DNA of 64,000 bases, taken from NCBI RefSeq assembly GCF_009914755.1, contig NC_060925.1; one strand, 5' to 3'. This document shows positions 1-12,663 of this stretch, in pieces (the stretch's first letter is position 1; every line of letters starts with the position of its first letter). Source of the DNA: the human T2T-CHM13v2.0 reference genome, Homo sapiens. The position numbers were made by a program, and so were the translations under genes. The notes under the pieces were generated by a model. The model did no database searches. It had not been told where the DNA came from and saw nothing but the letters and a program-made list of their open reading frames with translations.

Positions 1-803
1 TTTTGAAAGGCAGAGACAAGGCAACGGAATTTGGCCTCATTTAGTAATAGTTCATCTTGACATTTGCATCACATTGGAATGGATGAGGAGAGTGAGAGAA
101 TCCTAAAATATGGTATTAATCTAAAGACCACCTGCTACTAATTTCCAGTCACAGAGACGGATATTATAATTTTAGAATAAAATGGCTTTGACTGTCTCAT
201 TCAGTGACCCATATTTATATTTGCATAAGAATTTTGAATTGCTTAAGTAGTCCTATTTAACAAAAGTAAACCAATCCAATATTTTCCAAATAAATGCACA
301 AGGTAAAGCATTACTTCTATTATGTCATAGAATGTATGGTTTAACAGTGGTCCAGTCATAATAACCTCTGATGATGCTTTGTGTTATAACATATAAAAAT
401 GGATCAGTAAATGCTTCTCTGATAATTAATGGTTCTTTAGAAAGACAAAAAAAAAATTGTCCAGTTTTGGCAGAGATTTGTCAGGCTAGTTGATTAATTT
501 AAGGAAAATTGCAGTAATTATTTCAGTGGCCTATTTCCTGTGGTATTATGAGTAGATGACCACTTGCAAAACAGTTTTAAATAAAATTCTCAGAATATCC
601 CAGTTTTAAGTAGTATTTATGAATATAATCATATTCAATGATATATTTTGTATCACAGCACAGAATATATCTCCCAATGAATCATGTACCATAATGTATC
701 TGATTTAAAATACTACCAGAATATTACAGGCAATTATTTTTGATATACATTAACATACTATTAAAAACAGTTTATCTTGTTTGTGTATCTTAAAATATAC
801 TTA

Positions 804-977
<174 letters not shown>

Positions 978-1756
978 CTAGAGAAGAGAAAGTATACATT
1001 GAAATGCCATTTGGATACTTCATTAAAATTTGGAGAAAATTTAAGCTATAGGAAAATGTAAAATTAATTGAACAATGTAAATCCTTATTTTCTAATAAAT
1101 TTGAAAATAGTTACATTTTTCTGTGCCCATTTCTGCAACCTGCAGTAAGAAATAAAAGTGTGCATGGACAAGGAAAATGAATTGCAGGTTTGTAGCTTGA
1201 TGTTGAAAGAGCCAACATTTTGTGTGTGTGCTTGTTCTATTGTAAACTAAAGTTTGCTGCTAGAAGACATCCAGGTATACACTTTTACAAATTAATTTTC
1301 TCTGACTTTCATTTCCAGAAATATAGTAATATCATAATTAGGTAACTTCAGGAACATTCCCAGTACTGAATGCTTAAAGCGATGAAGAAAATAAAACAGT
1401 GAAAAAAAAAACCAAAAAACAAAAAACCCCTAACTGTCTACATGCATATTTGAGCTGGCACGATAATGATTCAAATACTCTAAAGTAAAATACCCAATAA
1501 TACCAACAAAAACAAGAACAAAGCATTACCAAAACTCATCGTTGGGCTAAGGGCATTTTGCTATTTCATGGAGTCTAGAATTTGACAGAATTAGCGTTGT
1601 TAACCCAATATTATTTTCAGATAAATTATCTGCACGGAGAACTGTTTTGATGTTCTGCTATTTTACCTTTATATGTCTTTATGTTCATTTCTTATTTATG
1701 TGGGTTGAGATTAGTTAGTTGTCTGGAACATTTATCACCTCTGGAATATTCTGATC

Positions 1757-2023
1757 TTTTTTTTTTTTTTTGAGACAGGGCCTCACTCCTGCCGCCCAGG
1801 CTGGAGTGCAGTGGTGCAATCATCGCTCACTGAAACCTCAAATTTCCAGTCTCAGGTGATTCTCCCACCTCAGCCTCCCGAGTAGCTGGGACTACAGGTG
1901 GGCACCAGCATGCTCGACTAATGTTTTTGTATTTTTGTAGATACGGGGTCCTGGGCTCAAGCAATCCACCCACCTCAGCCTCCCCAAATGCTGGGATTAC
2001 AGGCACGAGCCACCATGCTCGGA
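1757..2023 (-). mobile_element. AluJ-type SINE with ~30-bp internal deletion
   Basis: Poly-T followed by reverse-complement Alu; 17-bp TSD CACCTCTGGAATATTCT at 1736-1752 and 2024-2040. Confidence 0.9.
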
Positions 2024-2049
2024 CACCTCTGGAATATTCTTTGCCATTA

Positions 2050-3120
2050 TTCTTGAATAAAAAAATTACAAAACACTGCTGAAAACAAAGCACCATGAGT
2101 AAACAGAAATAATCATAACAAGATAACTAGACCCACAAAGACTACGAATTTTGTGATTAAATTCAGAATATAAAATGAGCACATTTAACATGTTTAAATA
2201 AAAGAAAGAAAGTATTTAAAGCCTGAGAAAAGAACAAGAGGCTATGTAAAATAACATCTAGCAGGTAGATATTAAAAATAATACCTAAATCTATTTCTCT
2301 GTATCTTCTTGAAGTAAAGAGTGTAACTCAAAAGATTATTTAAATTACACTTAAGATTCAGCCAAAGGGATCACGTGCGGGACAGAATGGAATACAGAAA
2401 CTAAAATGAAAGGCAGAGAAGAAAAAAAACAGAACCTAGGGTGAAAAAATTAAGACTTGGAAGCTATCGTGAGAATATCTAACATTTATTTAATCAGAAT
2501 ATCTGAAAAAGAGCTAAGAGAGAATCAGAAAGAAAACTTATTCAAGTAAATATTGGCTGAGAGTTTTTGAGATGTGATGAAAAATCAAATGAGAAGATCT
2601 TAAAGCAGACACAGAGAAAAGAGCCACATCTACAAGAAAAAACAATTGGAATGGTAGCTGACTTTTCAGCCATTATTTGGAGCACAGAAGGCAGTAAGTA
2701 CAGTCCTTAAAGTGCTAAAAGAAAAAAAAAAAAAACCAGAAAACTAAATTAACAGCCTGGACTTGCACACAAAGTAAACCATCTTTCAAGAATGAGACCA
2801 AAATAAAAGGAAACCATAATTAAAAGGATTCTCCACCAATAGAATCTCCTTAACAGAATTTCTAAAGGTGGTAATCTAGGAAACAGGAAAATGAATCCAG
2901 AAGGAAATTCTAAGGTATAAGAAAGAATAGAGAACAAAGGAAATGGTAACAAACAAGGGCAACAAGTCTTTATTGAAAGGGTGCTTGGAGAATTATAAAC
3001 AGAATCTGAAGTAATATAAGAAATAAAGTCACTCAGAAAGAGATCATGCATGCAACAAGAATAGTGTTGAGCTGATGTTTGGATCATCAAGAATGTCAAT
3101 ATTTATAAGATAAATAAAGG
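2050..3120 (+). mobile_element. Old L1M fragment (ORF1-like A-rich region)
   Basis: Strongly A-rich strand with degenerate L1 ORF1-region phrases (e.g. ..agctgacttttcagc..agcacagaaggcag..). Boundaries approximate. Confidence 0.5.
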
Positions 3121-3855
3121 AAAAAATAACTTTCCCTAAGGAGATTTAGAAATAGCTCAATTAATAGGGAAACAAAGAGCAGAGAACAGAGAATTTAGTG
3201 TTCATGAACACTGACCAGGACACCAGCCCCACTGATACTGACACAGAATAAATTGGATAAGGCAATCCCAACTCACACACTTCACAGACACAGTAGAGTC
3301 AGCTGCATAATCCCATACTGTTCCTAAAATCCCAAAGTGGGTGCTCATTTACATAGCAGACCACCTTCTATCAGTCTAATGCTACCTAAATAACCAATAA
3401 TTCCAGGTATCACTAGACAATCAGCAACACCCAGAAATTTTGCTTCATTAATATGGTAAAGAGACAGTTAATAGTCCTTTGATATTAAAATATCCTCTTA
3501 TTGTGCCTCCATCAATCCTGTTCTCTGAAAGTTTAGCTTTTCAGTTAGATTGGGATCTCTGTTTGGAGATAAATTATTTCCACTTTTTTGTCTCCTAATA
3601 TTTTTTTCTACTTTAACTGTGCATTTAAAGAAATAAAAACCAGAAGTGAATCCAGGTTTTGTGGTGACTGAAGCATATATTATTTTAAGATTTATCCATA
3701 AAGAAAATAACAACAATATTATAAATAATATTAGTCTTAAAAGGAGTCAATGTGGGGGAAGGGCCTTGAAATTTAGGATTTATTAATGTTACTGAAAATA
3801 CATAGCTTGCCAGAAATATCAAGTGCTTCATAATATTAAAATAATAAGGACCGCA

Positions 3856-3963
3856 TATATATACACATATATATGTGTATATATGTAAATATATGTGCAT
3901 ATAGGTATATATATGTATATATGTATTTATGTACATATATGTATATATGTGTATATATACACT

Positions 3964-3994
<31 letters not shown>
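3856..3994. repeat. Compound (TA)/(TATG)/(TG)n microsatellite
   Basis: Directly visible alternating purine-pyrimidine tract. Confidence 0.95.
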
Positions 3995-4035
3995 ATTCAT
4001 CTGGGCCCATTGAAATGGATAATTCTGTTCCTCAA

Positions 4036-4073
<38 letters not shown>

Positions 4074-4191
4074 AATGAGACCAATATATATATTCAGTCT
4101 TGAGGGACAGAATCTCATTTGAATGAAAGCAATATATATATATTTGGTCTTGAGGGTCAGAATCATCCATCTCAATGGGCCCAGATGAATA
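3994..4191. repeat. Inverted repeat, 45-bp arms (3994-4038 / 4147-4191) around an (AT)n core with an internal ~50-bp direct duplication
   Basis: Left arm TATTCATCTGGGCCCATTGAAATGGATAATTCTGTTCCTCAAGAC versus reverse complement of right arm: 4 mismatches in 45. Confidence 0.93.
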
Positions 4192-4329
4192 TTTCAGAGT
4201 AATGGCAAAGATTCTCAAAGCAACTTCAGGGAAACAAAGGCAGGAATTTTCTAATGTTCTGTAAATCTTCTTCCTCAAGAGTGACAGTAATAGTCAAAAT
4301 TTATAATATTTGTCATATAAAAATAATAG

Positions 4330-4530
4330 CAAGAATATATTAAGCACCAACTCAGTTATTAACTTTCTTGCACTTCATTAAACATGCACTAAATTATATA
4401 ATCCCTGTAAGAGCCTTATGAGGTTCATATTAAAATAATATCCACTTTAAGGATGAGGAAACTGAAACTTGGTGAAGTTAGTTGCCCAAATTACATGACT
4501 TGTAAGTGGAGAGCTGAGATTTTTAACTGT
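4330..4530 (-). mobile_element. MIR SINE
   Basis: MIR core ..ttaaggatgaggaaactgaaact..gttagttgcccaaattacatgact.. Confidence 0.7.
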
Positions 4531-5229
4531 AACTTCAAAACTTAATGTAAAAGAAAAAATCCCTAGCTAGAATTAGTGGCAGATCTGAATCTCCAGGGGC
4601 AGTAAATATAAGGTTCTTCCTTTTATCAGTTTTGTTATTCTTCAAGAGAATAAATTCATACCAGTCAAGCCCAATGGTTATATTGTGAAAAAAGATAAAA
4701 ACTCTAGCATTCTTAGAATTTTTATCTTTTGGACAGCTTCTCTTGGACATCCAAGAATGACAGTAAAATTTTGAGAAAGGAAATATTAGGCAAGACTCTA
4801 ATATGAGCTTTCACTTTAGTCATAAATGAATCTTTGTGTCTAACACATGGACTTACTCTTCCCATCATGTCAAGGGATTCCATAATGAGATATAAAGTAA
4901 TAATGTTAAAATAAATAATGCACATTTGACCCAAGTGATTTTTGGAGACTTTGGTTGTTGAGGGTTCATAGGGATGAGATTTGGTACCTTATTTTTCTCT
5001 TTAACAACATGACTAGCAGATCCAGTAGGCTAATATGGTAGAAGACTAAAGCATTTGGGTAATCATTTGTGCAGTTAAAAATGTAAAACTGACCACTTTA
5101 TATAAATTTACATTGGAAAAGATAATACCAATACCCCTTAAACATATTGTAATCAAAATGCTGTACAAATTACTTAAATTATGTAACTATAAAATGCTAT
5201 AATTTTATTTTGTAAACAAAAAAGCATCA

Positions 5230-5367
<138 letters not shown>

Positions 5368-5490
5368 TTACCCTTGGATAAGGCATGCAAATTTGAGAAA
5401 TTAAGTTACGACCATGTTCCTCTGTTTTAATAACATTATAATCAATACCTCTGTGTTGCAATTATATTTTGATAAAGAGGTAGTTAAGAA

Positions 5491-5800
5491 GAGAGGTAGG
5501 CAAACTGTGGCCCCAGGATCAAATATGGCCCTCCACATGGTTTTGAAAGGGTTGTTTCTGCATTTTAAAATGGTTGGAAAAAATCAAACTAGTATTTCAT
5601 GTCATGCGAAAATTATACGAAGTTCAAATTTCAGTATCTATAAATAAAGCTTTATTATAATTCAGCCACACTCATTCATGTATGTATTGTGTATAGGTGT
5701 TTTTGTGCTTTGGTAACAGAGTTAGTAGTTGCAACAGGGGTCAAAAAGCCTGAAATATTTACTGGTTGTTCCTATTTATAAAAAGTTTGTTAACTCACAG
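5491..5800 (+). mobile_element. MER58-type hAT-Charlie DNA transposon
   Basis: ggcaaactgtggcccc.. start, ..ataaagctttatt..cagccacactcattc.., ..aaaagtttg.. end. Confidence 0.7.
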
Positions 5801-6872
5801 CTTAGAAGATTTTCATTTTTAAAAAATAAATAGTAATGGTAATTTTTACAAAATACATTTAAGGCAAAATGCATTATTATGATTTGCTCTATCAATATTC
5901 ATTAGCCATAACTACATAACCGAAATGGAACAAATAACTGAGCTAATTGGTTAAAAACATAGTTTTTGTTGTAATCATACTTAAAACATTATCAGAGAAT
6001 TTAGCTTGCTGACTTTTAAAAAACAGCCAACAGCATATTTCGGCTATACTGACTTTCAGAATGAAACTTCTAAAACGTAGCAGCATAAATGAAAATTAGG
6101 CAATAAAATAAAATTTAGTGAAAATAATATTCCTTTATCCAATAAGAAAGTGTTTGATTTTAACAAATTTACCTGCTAAGCCATAAAATTTCTGACCTAG
6201 TTAAAACTATTTTATCTTAAAGAAGAGATGCAAATCAGCATTTTCAGGAAATAAAGTTCGTTGGCTAAGAGATAAAATTATAGGGTAAAATTTTGTAAAT
6301 TTAGAAGTTGGTAATCTCTACAATTACTCAACATCTCTTTCGTTTTTCTAGAAATAAGAAAAAATCTTTTACCTCTCAATTTTTTAAGAAGTGTAAAGAA
6401 AGAATTTCAGTCGCACTCCAAAACACTGTTTCCTGTGAAGACACTGGTTGCCAAACCTATCCCTGTTCCCATCCTAGATTCCAAATACATTTGAGGACTT
6501 TGACCATTAATGTCTTTGAAGAGTAGATTTGGTTTTGTGGGTACACCAACCTTTCTTACAGTATTTTTTTAAGTGTGAGAAATTTAAACAAAGAATATTT
6601 TCAAGCTTCAATGACACTGAAGTTCTTCTTAGTTCAACATTACTTGAATTTACATTTTATGAAAGACACTGGAAGAAATGTCAGAGATTATGCTGCCAAT
6701 GCCACTACTACCCGTAATATGACTAATAGTAATTAATACTAATTGAACGCTTACTCTACACAAAACATTGTTTTTGTATAAACACTTTTTCTCCATTATC
6801 TCAATTAATCACTAATAGCTTTCTGAAGTAGTAATTACACTCAGTTTACAGGTAAATAAATTATTGGCTAGT

Positions 6873-7175
6873 TTTTTTTTTTTTTTTTAAGACAGAGTCT
6901 CACTCTGTCGCCCTGGCTGGACTGCAGTGGCAGGATCTTAGCTTACTGCAACCTCCACCTCCTGCGTTCAAGTGATTCTCCTGTCTCAGCCTTCCAAGTA
7001 GGTAGGATTGCAGGCGCGCACCACCACTCCTAGCTAATTTTTATATTTTTAGTAAAGTTTGAGACCAGCCACACCACGTTGGTCAGGCTTGTCTCAAACT
7101 CCTGACCTCAAATGATCCTGCCATCTCGGCCTTCCAAAGTGCTGGGATTACAAGTGTGAGCCACTGTGCCCAGCT
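6873..7175 (-). mobile_element. AluS SINE (contains a local inverted-copy replacement at 7056-7070)
   Basis: Full-length reverse-complement Alu with poly-T at 6873-6888. Confidence 0.93.
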
Positions 7176-7931
7176 GCAAGTTTTTTTTTTTTTTGTTTGT
7201 TTGTTTAATTAAAGTCACTTGTACACAACCAATATAAAGTGGAACTGGCATGGCAAGCAATGTCCTTAGTACTCCACAGTCAAGCCTGTGGACTGCTGTG
7301 TTTTCCTGAAGAATGACAATTTAATATGTGGAATAAGACATGCAAACAAACTCTACTGCAAGCTACAATGTGATTAATACTATATAGATTGGCGTTCTAT
7401 TATTATGGAAGCCTAGAAAAGGGAAACAGTACTCCTTTTATTCATACATTTAAAATAATTAATGAATAGTGTATGAAAGTGCTGAACACTGAGATAAGTA
7501 AGGAAAGCTTAATGGAAGGGGCTGTGTTTTCATTTCATTGAATAATTGATTGAACTTCAATATGGATGTGCAATAAAGTAAATTCAAAGTATAAAGTACA
7601 ATATACTATAAAAACCATACAATTATGAAAATGAAGCTTATATCTTGGGAACACTGATTTTTTTTTCCTTGAGGATAAAAGATAATTAAGAGCAAAATGA
7701 GACTGGAAATATATGTTGAAGCCAGAAACTTGAGGGCTTATAATGCTCTGCAGTCAAAAGAGATACTGGCTACTAGCAGTGCGTTTTGGTAGAAGTATAT
7801 AGGAATGATTCTAGGATGTTCAGAAGGAAAGATCATTAGCTCCTTACCTATTGGGAAGGTATGTAAAGAAAATACTTAAGGACATTAGCACAAAACCCAG
7901 TAATCTTACACCTTAGAGTATCTGAACATAC

Positions 7932-8145
7932 TCTAAGTTTGAAGACATTTCTTCATCTGGTGTAGTTTCATCTTCTGATTGGTCACTTAGAAGATCACAT
8001 GTTTGAATCGATGATGTATCTGCAACCTCTAAAACAGGAGCAATGCTAGGTCTTCTTATTTCTTTGCTTCCCTCTGTAGGAAGAGACAGGGTAGGGCCAC
8101 TTGCTGATCTACAGCTTGTATCTTGCAAGTCTATAGCCACAGTAC
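7932..8145 (-). CDS. KCNT2: KCNT2 coding exon (~exon 17, 214 nt): (G)[70 protein letters not shown](E), inter-RCK linker
   Basis: ttgttttag|GT ACT GTG...AAC TTA GA|gtatgt. Within ORF 7913..8320. Confidence 0.96.
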
Positions 8146-8559
8146 CTAAAACAATAAAACATGAAAATTTATCAAGGCGTTTGCCATATTGATCACTAGT
8201 GTTGAAGGTTACATGAAATATGAAATATAATAAACACAATAAATATATATATAGAGAGAGTATATATTTATGCGTGTGGTGTATAAGTTTAGTTCTGATA
8301 GCTAAATATTTCTTTTGCACACAGGCATTTTCCTGGACAAGAAAATCTCTATTTGCACAAAAGTGTATTTGCAGAGTGTTGTTCTATGGCACAAAACATA
8401 AGATTTGTAAAATCCTGAAGTATATAGAAACTTAAAGTGAAAAAGTATACCCTGATGTTTCAATTTATATTTATTTAAAATTTATTCTTTTGTTGTTGAC
8501 CATGTCCATTTTGTGAATTTTTCATTATGTGTTTCCCCTCTTTGCTTTTTCTTTTATTT

Positions 8560-8570
8560 CTTTCTTTCTT

Positions 8571-8611
<41 letters not shown>

Positions 8612-8686
8612 CAGAGTCTCGCTCCAGGCTGGAGTGCAGTGGCACAATCTCGGCTCACTGCAAACTCCTCCTCCCAGGTTCAAGCG
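8560..8686 (-). mobile_element. 5'-truncated Alu (right-arm fragment) with long poly-T
   Basis: Long T run then agacagagtctcgctccaggctggagtgcagtgg..ggttcaagcg. Confidence 0.85.
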
Positions 8687-8774
8687 CCCCCTTTTCTATT
8701 GAGCTATCTTTTTGTAATTGATTTATGACCACTTTTTAAAATATCGGAACTACTAATATGTTATACTTATTTTG

Positions 8775-9120
8775 TATTAAATGAATATTTATTGAGTGCC
8801 ACATATGGGGAGCACTGTTCCAGGTACTTGAGATCTGTAGAGAAGACAAACAAAGTTTCTACAAGATGAAACCTGTATGTAGCAAGTAGACAAATAAATG
8901 GATAATTGTAGACAATAATCAGTAGCATGCAGGGAGAGGAATGGAATTTTTATTTGATAGGAGAGAAGGCCACTGTGAAGTTAGGACATTCGATTTTTGA
9001 CCTGAAATACAATAAGGAGCACACAAGTCATGGAAGTACCTGGAGGCAGTAAGAATGGCAAGCCCAAGCCCAAGTGGCTTAAGGTTATTGAATACTTGAG
9101 GCATTCAAGGAATAGAAGGC
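8775..9120 (-). mobile_element. L2 LINE 3' fragment
   Basis: tgaatatttattgagtgcc..cactgttccaggtacttg is the reverse complement of the L2 3' end. Confidence 0.6.
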
Positions 9121-9334
9121 AGAAGAAGCAATTCCCTTTGTGAATTTTATTGAAATGTAAAAATTAATTTTAATATCTATTTATGAAAAATTGAGGTTCC
9201 TCTCCTTCTGGAGAAAATAACGATGAAAGGCATCATATTTCATAATTACTTATTTCATTTATGTACTCAGTGGCACCTGGTCATCCTTCTAAAAGTTGCT
9301 AGTCTTTGCTTTGTCCCATTCTTTGAAACAATTA

Positions 9335-9717
9335 CAGTCATGCATTGCTTAAAAAGGGGGATATGTTCTGAGAAATCTACCATTTGGTGATTTCTTAGAT
9401 ATTCAAACATCATACTTACACAAACCTAGATGAGGTAGCCTACTATCCTAGGCTATATGGTACATAGGCTATATGGTATAGCCTACTGCTATATGGTATA
9501 GGTATAGCCTACTGCCCCTAGGCTATATGGTATAGCCTACTGCTCCTAGACTACAAATCTGTACAGCATGTTACTGTACTGATTGGTGTAGTCAATTCTA
9601 ACACAATGGTAATCTCAATATAGAAAACATACAGTAAAAACATGGTATTACAATCTTATTGGGACCACCATTGTATATGCTATCCATCATTGACTGAATT
9701 TATGCAGCGCATGACTA
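9335..9717 (+). mobile_element. Tigger3a (MER7-type) TcMar DNA transposon with internal palindromic expansion
   Basis: ta|CAGTCATGCA.. start and ..GCGCATGACT end TIRs; internal acctagatg..taggctatatggtatagccta..ctgtacagcatgttactgtactga. Confidence 0.85.
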
Positions 9718-9719
9718 TT

Positions 9720-12155
9720 TAAAATTCTACTTTCCTCAAACCTCTGGCCTTCCAAGCTTCTTCCTCATTATAATAACATGAACTGAAGAAATTTTTACCT
9801 TATCTCAGCCCTTCACTTCCATAGTGATTTTTTAGACCTTTTTATAACCAATAAAAACAATGTTGCACACATTTTTATGCATTCACCCTTTGATCACCAC
9901 TATTTCTTGTTTGTTCAGGTCACTCTCACTGATTTCCTAACACTAGCTATGATTTTACCATGCTGGAACTTCAATTCTACTGATGATACCAGAGTTTGTC
10001 TCTCTCATTCCCTTGATGCTCTCTCTTCTCTTCTTAACTATCTTAAATTCCATGTTTAAGCATTATGATTATTTTCTTGCATATACCCCTGGATCCCTTG
10101 ATACATTTTTGCTTCATTCCACCCTCTTGACAAAATAGAACCCTGCTTAAGTTAAACTCTCCATGTTCCCCATATCTATACCTATGCAACTGAATACACC
10201 CAGACAGTTTAGCTCTTGCATCATTAATAGTCTCTCCACATTGTCTGTCCTGATTTTTGGCAGTTTCACCATACACATAGATGATCCTTCCAACATTCCA
10301 GACTCAACTCCTTGTCCTCTTCTCTAGTAATGGCTTTTTCTACTATCACTCTTCAGTCCTTCACTCTCATGGCCACACCTTAGCTTTTGTAATTATTACT
10401 TGCTGCACATCATCTCTCCTTCTGGCATCTCACTCTTTGACACCTGTACCTTGGCTTTCCAGCTCTTTCCCTCTTGATTTTCACTGGAATTAGAATCGAT
10501 TAATCCACTCTCCTTTCAGTCTTTTCTAACCAAAATACATCTTTTCACTTCCTTACTTAAATTAAGTTCCATGGCCTATAATTATATACAATCTATTATA
10601 CAAACCCTCAATCTCTCTGCCTTCCTTACTTGCTTGTACTTTCAACACAAGCTACAAATCCATTTCTTTTCTCCGTTTTGCAGTCAGACGTTTTAAGAAC
10701 TGTCCAGACCTACTGTTTCTAATTTATCTTCTACCATTCTTTCCCAAACGTAGTCCAATCTAGCATTGTCCACCACCACTCCATTGAAACAGCTCTTATG
10801 AGGGTGAACAATGATCATTGCATTGCTAAAGTCAATTGACACTTCTCAGTCCTTATGTTACGACCTATCAGTACTTGGCTTTCAGCCATGACCTATCAGA
10901 CATGGCTTTACATGGTGTTGTCTTAATGCACTTAGCTCACTTGGATTCCAGGACACCTCACTCATTGGGTTTTCCTACTAGCCTGCCAGTAGCTCCTCTT
11001 TGGTCTCCTTTGCTGGTTTCTTCTCATCCCCCTGATACTTAATCTTAGTATACTGCAGAGCTTTGTCTTTTATTTTTTCCTGCCTGTACTCATTTCCTCA
11101 AAGACTTCATTTGGTCTTATGGCTTTAAATATATACATAAGATCAGAAATACAAAATTTACTTTTTCAGCCTATCTCTCTCTCTCTCCTGAAATCTAGAC
11201 TCTTACATACAACTTCCTGTTAGACATCTTCAAGGTGTTCCAAAATACTCTTTATCTTCCCTTCACCCCCGCAAAACCTGCATTCCCCCTAGCCTTTCCT
11301 CTAAATTTATGGCCATTCTCTTTCCCTAGTTGCTTAATCCGAAAACCTTATGTTTCTTCACACTTCTCTTTTTCTCACAGTTCAATTTCATTTTGTAAGG
11401 AATCCTGATTATCCTCAAAGTACATGCAGAATTTTCTCCTTCTTACCACTTCCACTTGAAAATAGTCTGATCCTTGCTCCAAACCATCTATGTTCAACAG
11501 CAGCCTGAGTTGAGCACTCAGCATAGGTGAGATCAGGTCAATGGCTCTGCATAAAGCCTTGCAATAATTCCCACTTCACTGAGAGTAGAAGCTGCAATCC
11601 CATATGGACTTAAATAAGCCCAACAGGATCTGGCCTCTTTCTACCTGTTCGTCCTCATCTCCTACTATTCTTCCAGCATTCACTGTGTTTGAGGCACAAA
11701 GGGCCCTGTTACTGTTCCTGGAGAACCCCAGCCAGGCTCCCACTTTAGGGCCTTTGTACCAGCTGTTATCTCTTTCTCCAGACCTCCACAGGACTAATTC
11801 CTCATTTCTTTCAGGTATCTGCTCAAACATCACTTTCTGGCCTACTAAGCACTTCATTTAAAATCTGCTCCTCCCAAAAATTAATTATCTCCTATACTAG
11901 CTCTGTTTTCTTCTTTTAGTTTTTCCTTTATAACTTATAACCCACTAGCATATTAAGTAATTTACTTATTTTTTTATATGTACTTTGGTTATCGCCTGTC
12001 TTCTCCATAATAGAATGCAAGCTCTATGAACTAGGGATCTTTGTTTCTTCACTAACGTTTTATCACAAACACTTACACGAGAGTTCTTGGTACATATTAG
12101 GTACTCAATAAATACTATTTTGGGTACATATTAGGCACACAATAAGTACTTTTTG
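9720..12155 (+). mobile_element. L2a LINE (long degenerate fragment with 3' end)
   Basis: CT-rich strand; ..ccactccattgaaacagctc..ttgctaaagtcaat..; 3' end tagaatgcaagctctatg..taggtactcaataaata. Boundaries approximate. Confidence 0.65.
12089..12153. repeat. Imperfect tandem duplication (period 34) of the L2 3' terminus
   Basis: ggtacatattaggtactcaataaatact / ggtacatattaggcacacaataagtact. Confidence 0.85.
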
Positions 12156-12524
12156 AAGACATTAAAAATGAATATTGCTACTGTAGAATAAAAATAAGTA
12201 AATGACAAATAGGATTACCTAAGAAGGTCTAGGTAAAACCATGGAATAGTGTTTGGAGGGAGTGATATTTTGACTAAGATATAAAGAATTAGAAGTCATT
12301 ACTTAGGGAATGTTGGGGTGTGAGGAATAGTTCCATCAGAGGAAACTTAATGTTTTAAGGCCCATTGGTGAAAAAAATATATTAGTGAAGATTGAAAGAA
12401 AGTGAGTATGTTTGGAGCTCAGGAGAGCAGCAAAGAGGTGGTAAAATGTGGAGCTAGAAAAGTCAGAAAATATCACTAATAAAAAGCCTATAAAGAAAAT
12501 GATGAAGTAATTTATTTTCTAAAC

Positions 12525-12663
12525 TAGGATACTGCAGAGTAAAAGGGGGTTCTTTTAATAATTACATCAGGACAATTATATAAACTGAACAATCCTAAGA
12601 AACTGGAACATTCCTAAGAAAACTAGGATTGCCTAATGCAAACAAGAACTTTTGGTTATCCTA
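12525..12663. mobile_element. MER94-type hAT-Blackjack element inserted in an L2 fragment
   Basis: taggatactgcagagtaaaagggg..aataattacatcaggacaa..tggttatccta; TAGGAT/ATCCTA termini. Confidence 0.6.

Noticed and set aside
9449-9545. Repeated palindromic units as a CRISPR-like array
   Set aside because: No unique spacers of regular length, and it lies inside a Tigger3a transposon in a primate intron.
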